64,000 nucleotides of DNA, taken from positions 105,028,001-105,092,000 of the forward strand of contig NW_024704743.1 in the NCBI RefSeq assembly GCF_018977255.1, read 5' to 3'. Shown here piece by piece: positions 61,421 through 64,000 of the stretch; positions within the stretch are counted from its first letter, which is position 1; each line of letters opens with the position of its first letter. This stretch comes from Callorhinchus milii. Taxonomy: Eukaryota. A program made the translations under genes and the position numbers. The notes below the pieces were generated by a model, which was not told where the DNA came from, ran no database searches, and saw only the letters and a program-made list of their open reading frames with translations.

Positions 61421-64000
61421 GACAGAGGTCTAAAAGTTCTTTATGGAAGAGTAATTCTGTAGGACAACATATGTAGCAAATGTAGCATTTGTTTCAAATG
61501 CAGCTGAAAGTGAGCCCAATGTAAATCCAATGGCCTTTTGTAGATTTAATGATTGCAAACAATTCTCTTGTCAGTTCTTTTAGTCAATATGAAACTGCAC
61601 GAGCAGTTAGAAGTCAGTGCATAGGTGTGAATATAATACATATACCCATAACTTTGCCTGTCTTTATAGCAACAGAAATAAGCATGGGTAAGTGTAGACT
61701 ACTGCAAAAGCAAGTCATGCTGGAAAAATATTATAGGGGAAAGGGGTCACGAATGTGCTCTTTCTCTCTTTATATTTCTTTGTATTAAATATAGCATTTA
61801 AATCACAAGACTTTATTAAAGCTGGAGGCCCAGCCTTTTGTTTCCACCAAAGTCTTCTCATCTTTATTATAGATCTTGAGATATTCCTGCTTATTAACAA
61901 CACTGGGTTCTAATAATAAATAATAATTCTTTGGCCTTTGAGACACTACAAACGCTTCACGAGATTTTACTGTATAGTTTAGCGACAATGTATTTTCAGG
62001 TGATTCCCACTAAACTAAGTAACACTGAGTCATGGGAACTCCATTGGAGAGCAACCGACTCTCAAAGTGGAATGCCTGTGAGCCATTGTGGAGATCAGAA
62101 AGCATTTGAGTGATGAAAGTGATGCTAACAGTGCTTCCTGTGAAAGCACATGTGCCACAATATGCAGGAAGTCAAGTCAGTGGCACCCTCACAACCCAGA
62201 ATGTTGATCATTTTATTGCACTTCTTTTATAACACCCCTGAGGGAGCGGACGCAGAGGACCACAATATTTCAAGGTTGCCTGTACTAAGTTCCAGATGGA
62301 TTAATGCTTCCTTAGTTTTGACTTGTGCAGATCCACCTCAATTGTCACTGACTGTTAAATGTAGAAAAACGTGAGTCCAAAAAGATAATTGTGGTCTGGC
62401 CAGGCGGGCCTTAGTAAAGAAAAGAATTAAAATAAATTTTAAAAATCTAAAATTAATCTAAAATCCTATTCTATATTTCTCATACTCCTCAATCAGTTCT
62501 TTGCCAAATCTCTCTTGAATTTGCTGATACAATCTGCCTTTGCCACCTCCCTAGGTAGTTCATTTCACAAATTCACCACTCTGTGTAAAGTAATTAAATT
62601 TACTGAATAAAAGCTGGTTAGGAGGAACTAATAGCTACTATATCATTTTATGGGTCTGTTAAAGATTCCATTGAGAAATTAACTTATTGTTTTATTTACC
62701 TCTCTTCGTCCTGTTTATAAAAAAAATTCCCTCTCCTTCAATTTACATACGACTTATTTTCTATCCAATACCATTTGAGATAACTGGGACACATAAAAAT
62801 TACTTTTAAGTATTACCTTTTCTCACAATTTAACAACATAATATGAAAGAAAATACATTAACATGTCAATTTTGGTTACCGCAACATAGGAAGACCATCC
62901 AGGCAATAAAGGCAGTGTTGAGGATTGCAATGAGATTGATTCCCAGTATCAGAGGATTGAGCAGTGAGAAACAAGGGATGAGCAAAGAGGAACAAGGGAT
63001 GAGGAAGAGGTACTCAGCTATGAGGAACAAGGGGTAAGTGTTTTAAAGAATGAGGAATGATCTCTGAGCAATGACCAGATATGTTTTTAAGACTCAAAAA
63101 AAATCACAAAGGAGAGTTTATAGTGGTATGCTTTATGGAATGGGTAAAGTAAACCTGGAAAATGCATTTAGGTACAGCAGGAAATCATTACACAGACTGT
63201 AATCAATTCTTAATACTGGATACCAAGAACTGGTTGATGTCAGGACATTGGACTGAGGTAGTGAGATAGACCGCAAAAAAGACTATTCCAAGGATATTCA
63301 TGATTCATTTGCTCCAGCTAAGTATCCAAATCTAGAGGCCCCACTGATGGATAGAGTTTTCGAAATTACAGTATAGCATGTGATGCTGATGTCAGTTTCT
63401 GCACTGGAGTTGTCCATTTTCCTGCTTTTTCCCTTATCCTTCTATTTTGTTCTTCTGCAATTCTTTTTCGAATCATACATCTGGTTATTTCAAAGACGGA
63501 AACAAAAGGTTTCCAAAATTCAAAATGCATTGTTTTGCTTGCAGCAAATTGCTCTGATCACTTGAATTCATATTATCCTGACTATGTCAGTATATTTGCC
63601 CACATTGTACCATAAATAATGTTAATGAAAATGTTGAATATTATTTTGTTTTAAAATTCTATTGAAAATAAATGTGGAACAAACTGCCTTTGTCGGTGTT
63701 GGAATATCCACGTGTAATTTGGAATTTATCAACTGATAATTTAAATTGATAATAATTCCAAGGAAAATAGCTTGTTTATCTTCTTCCTTAAGAGCAGGCT
63801 GACCTCTGCTGGTCACTATTTTATGCACAATTGCCTGGTGCATTCAAGATCTTCAAATGTCAAAGAGCACAAATGTAAAAAAAGATTCCCTTACTTTTTT
63901 TAATAACAGTGCAGATCTAAAGGCTGATTAATTCCCCCTGCTCCAATCCGATCAGGAAATTACACCTTGCACATTCATTTGTTTCTTTGAAAACATAACC

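Overview
AT-rich, repeat-dense vertebrate genomic DNA. The repeat set (tRNA-Ala-headed DeuSINE-type SINEs with L2-type tails, plus L2, CR1 and Penelope-like fragments) points to a cartilaginous fish, probably a chimaera such as the elephant shark (inference). No long ORF in the supplied track is a real host gene. The only confidently coding segment is a 55-nt minus-strand exon (1535-1481) starting at ATG and encoding MDTDSEEKRLRTRSKGSR, the N-terminus of a MYT1-family C2HC zinc-finger factor (best guess ST18). The rest of that gene lies left of the window, so the window is its 5' leader, introns and upstream regulatory DNA. Upstream on the same strand I read five small exons with canonical splice sites (6147-6111, 5995-5977, 4238-4132, 3095-3047, 1971-1823) and a candidate first exon/promoter near 31.9-32.1 kb. 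The first four splice into an ATG-initiated 61-codon upstream ORF in the same frame as the main CDS; exon skipping would turn it into an N-terminal extension. This is the most interesting observation, and it rests on splice-signal reading only. Repeat boundaries are approximate.
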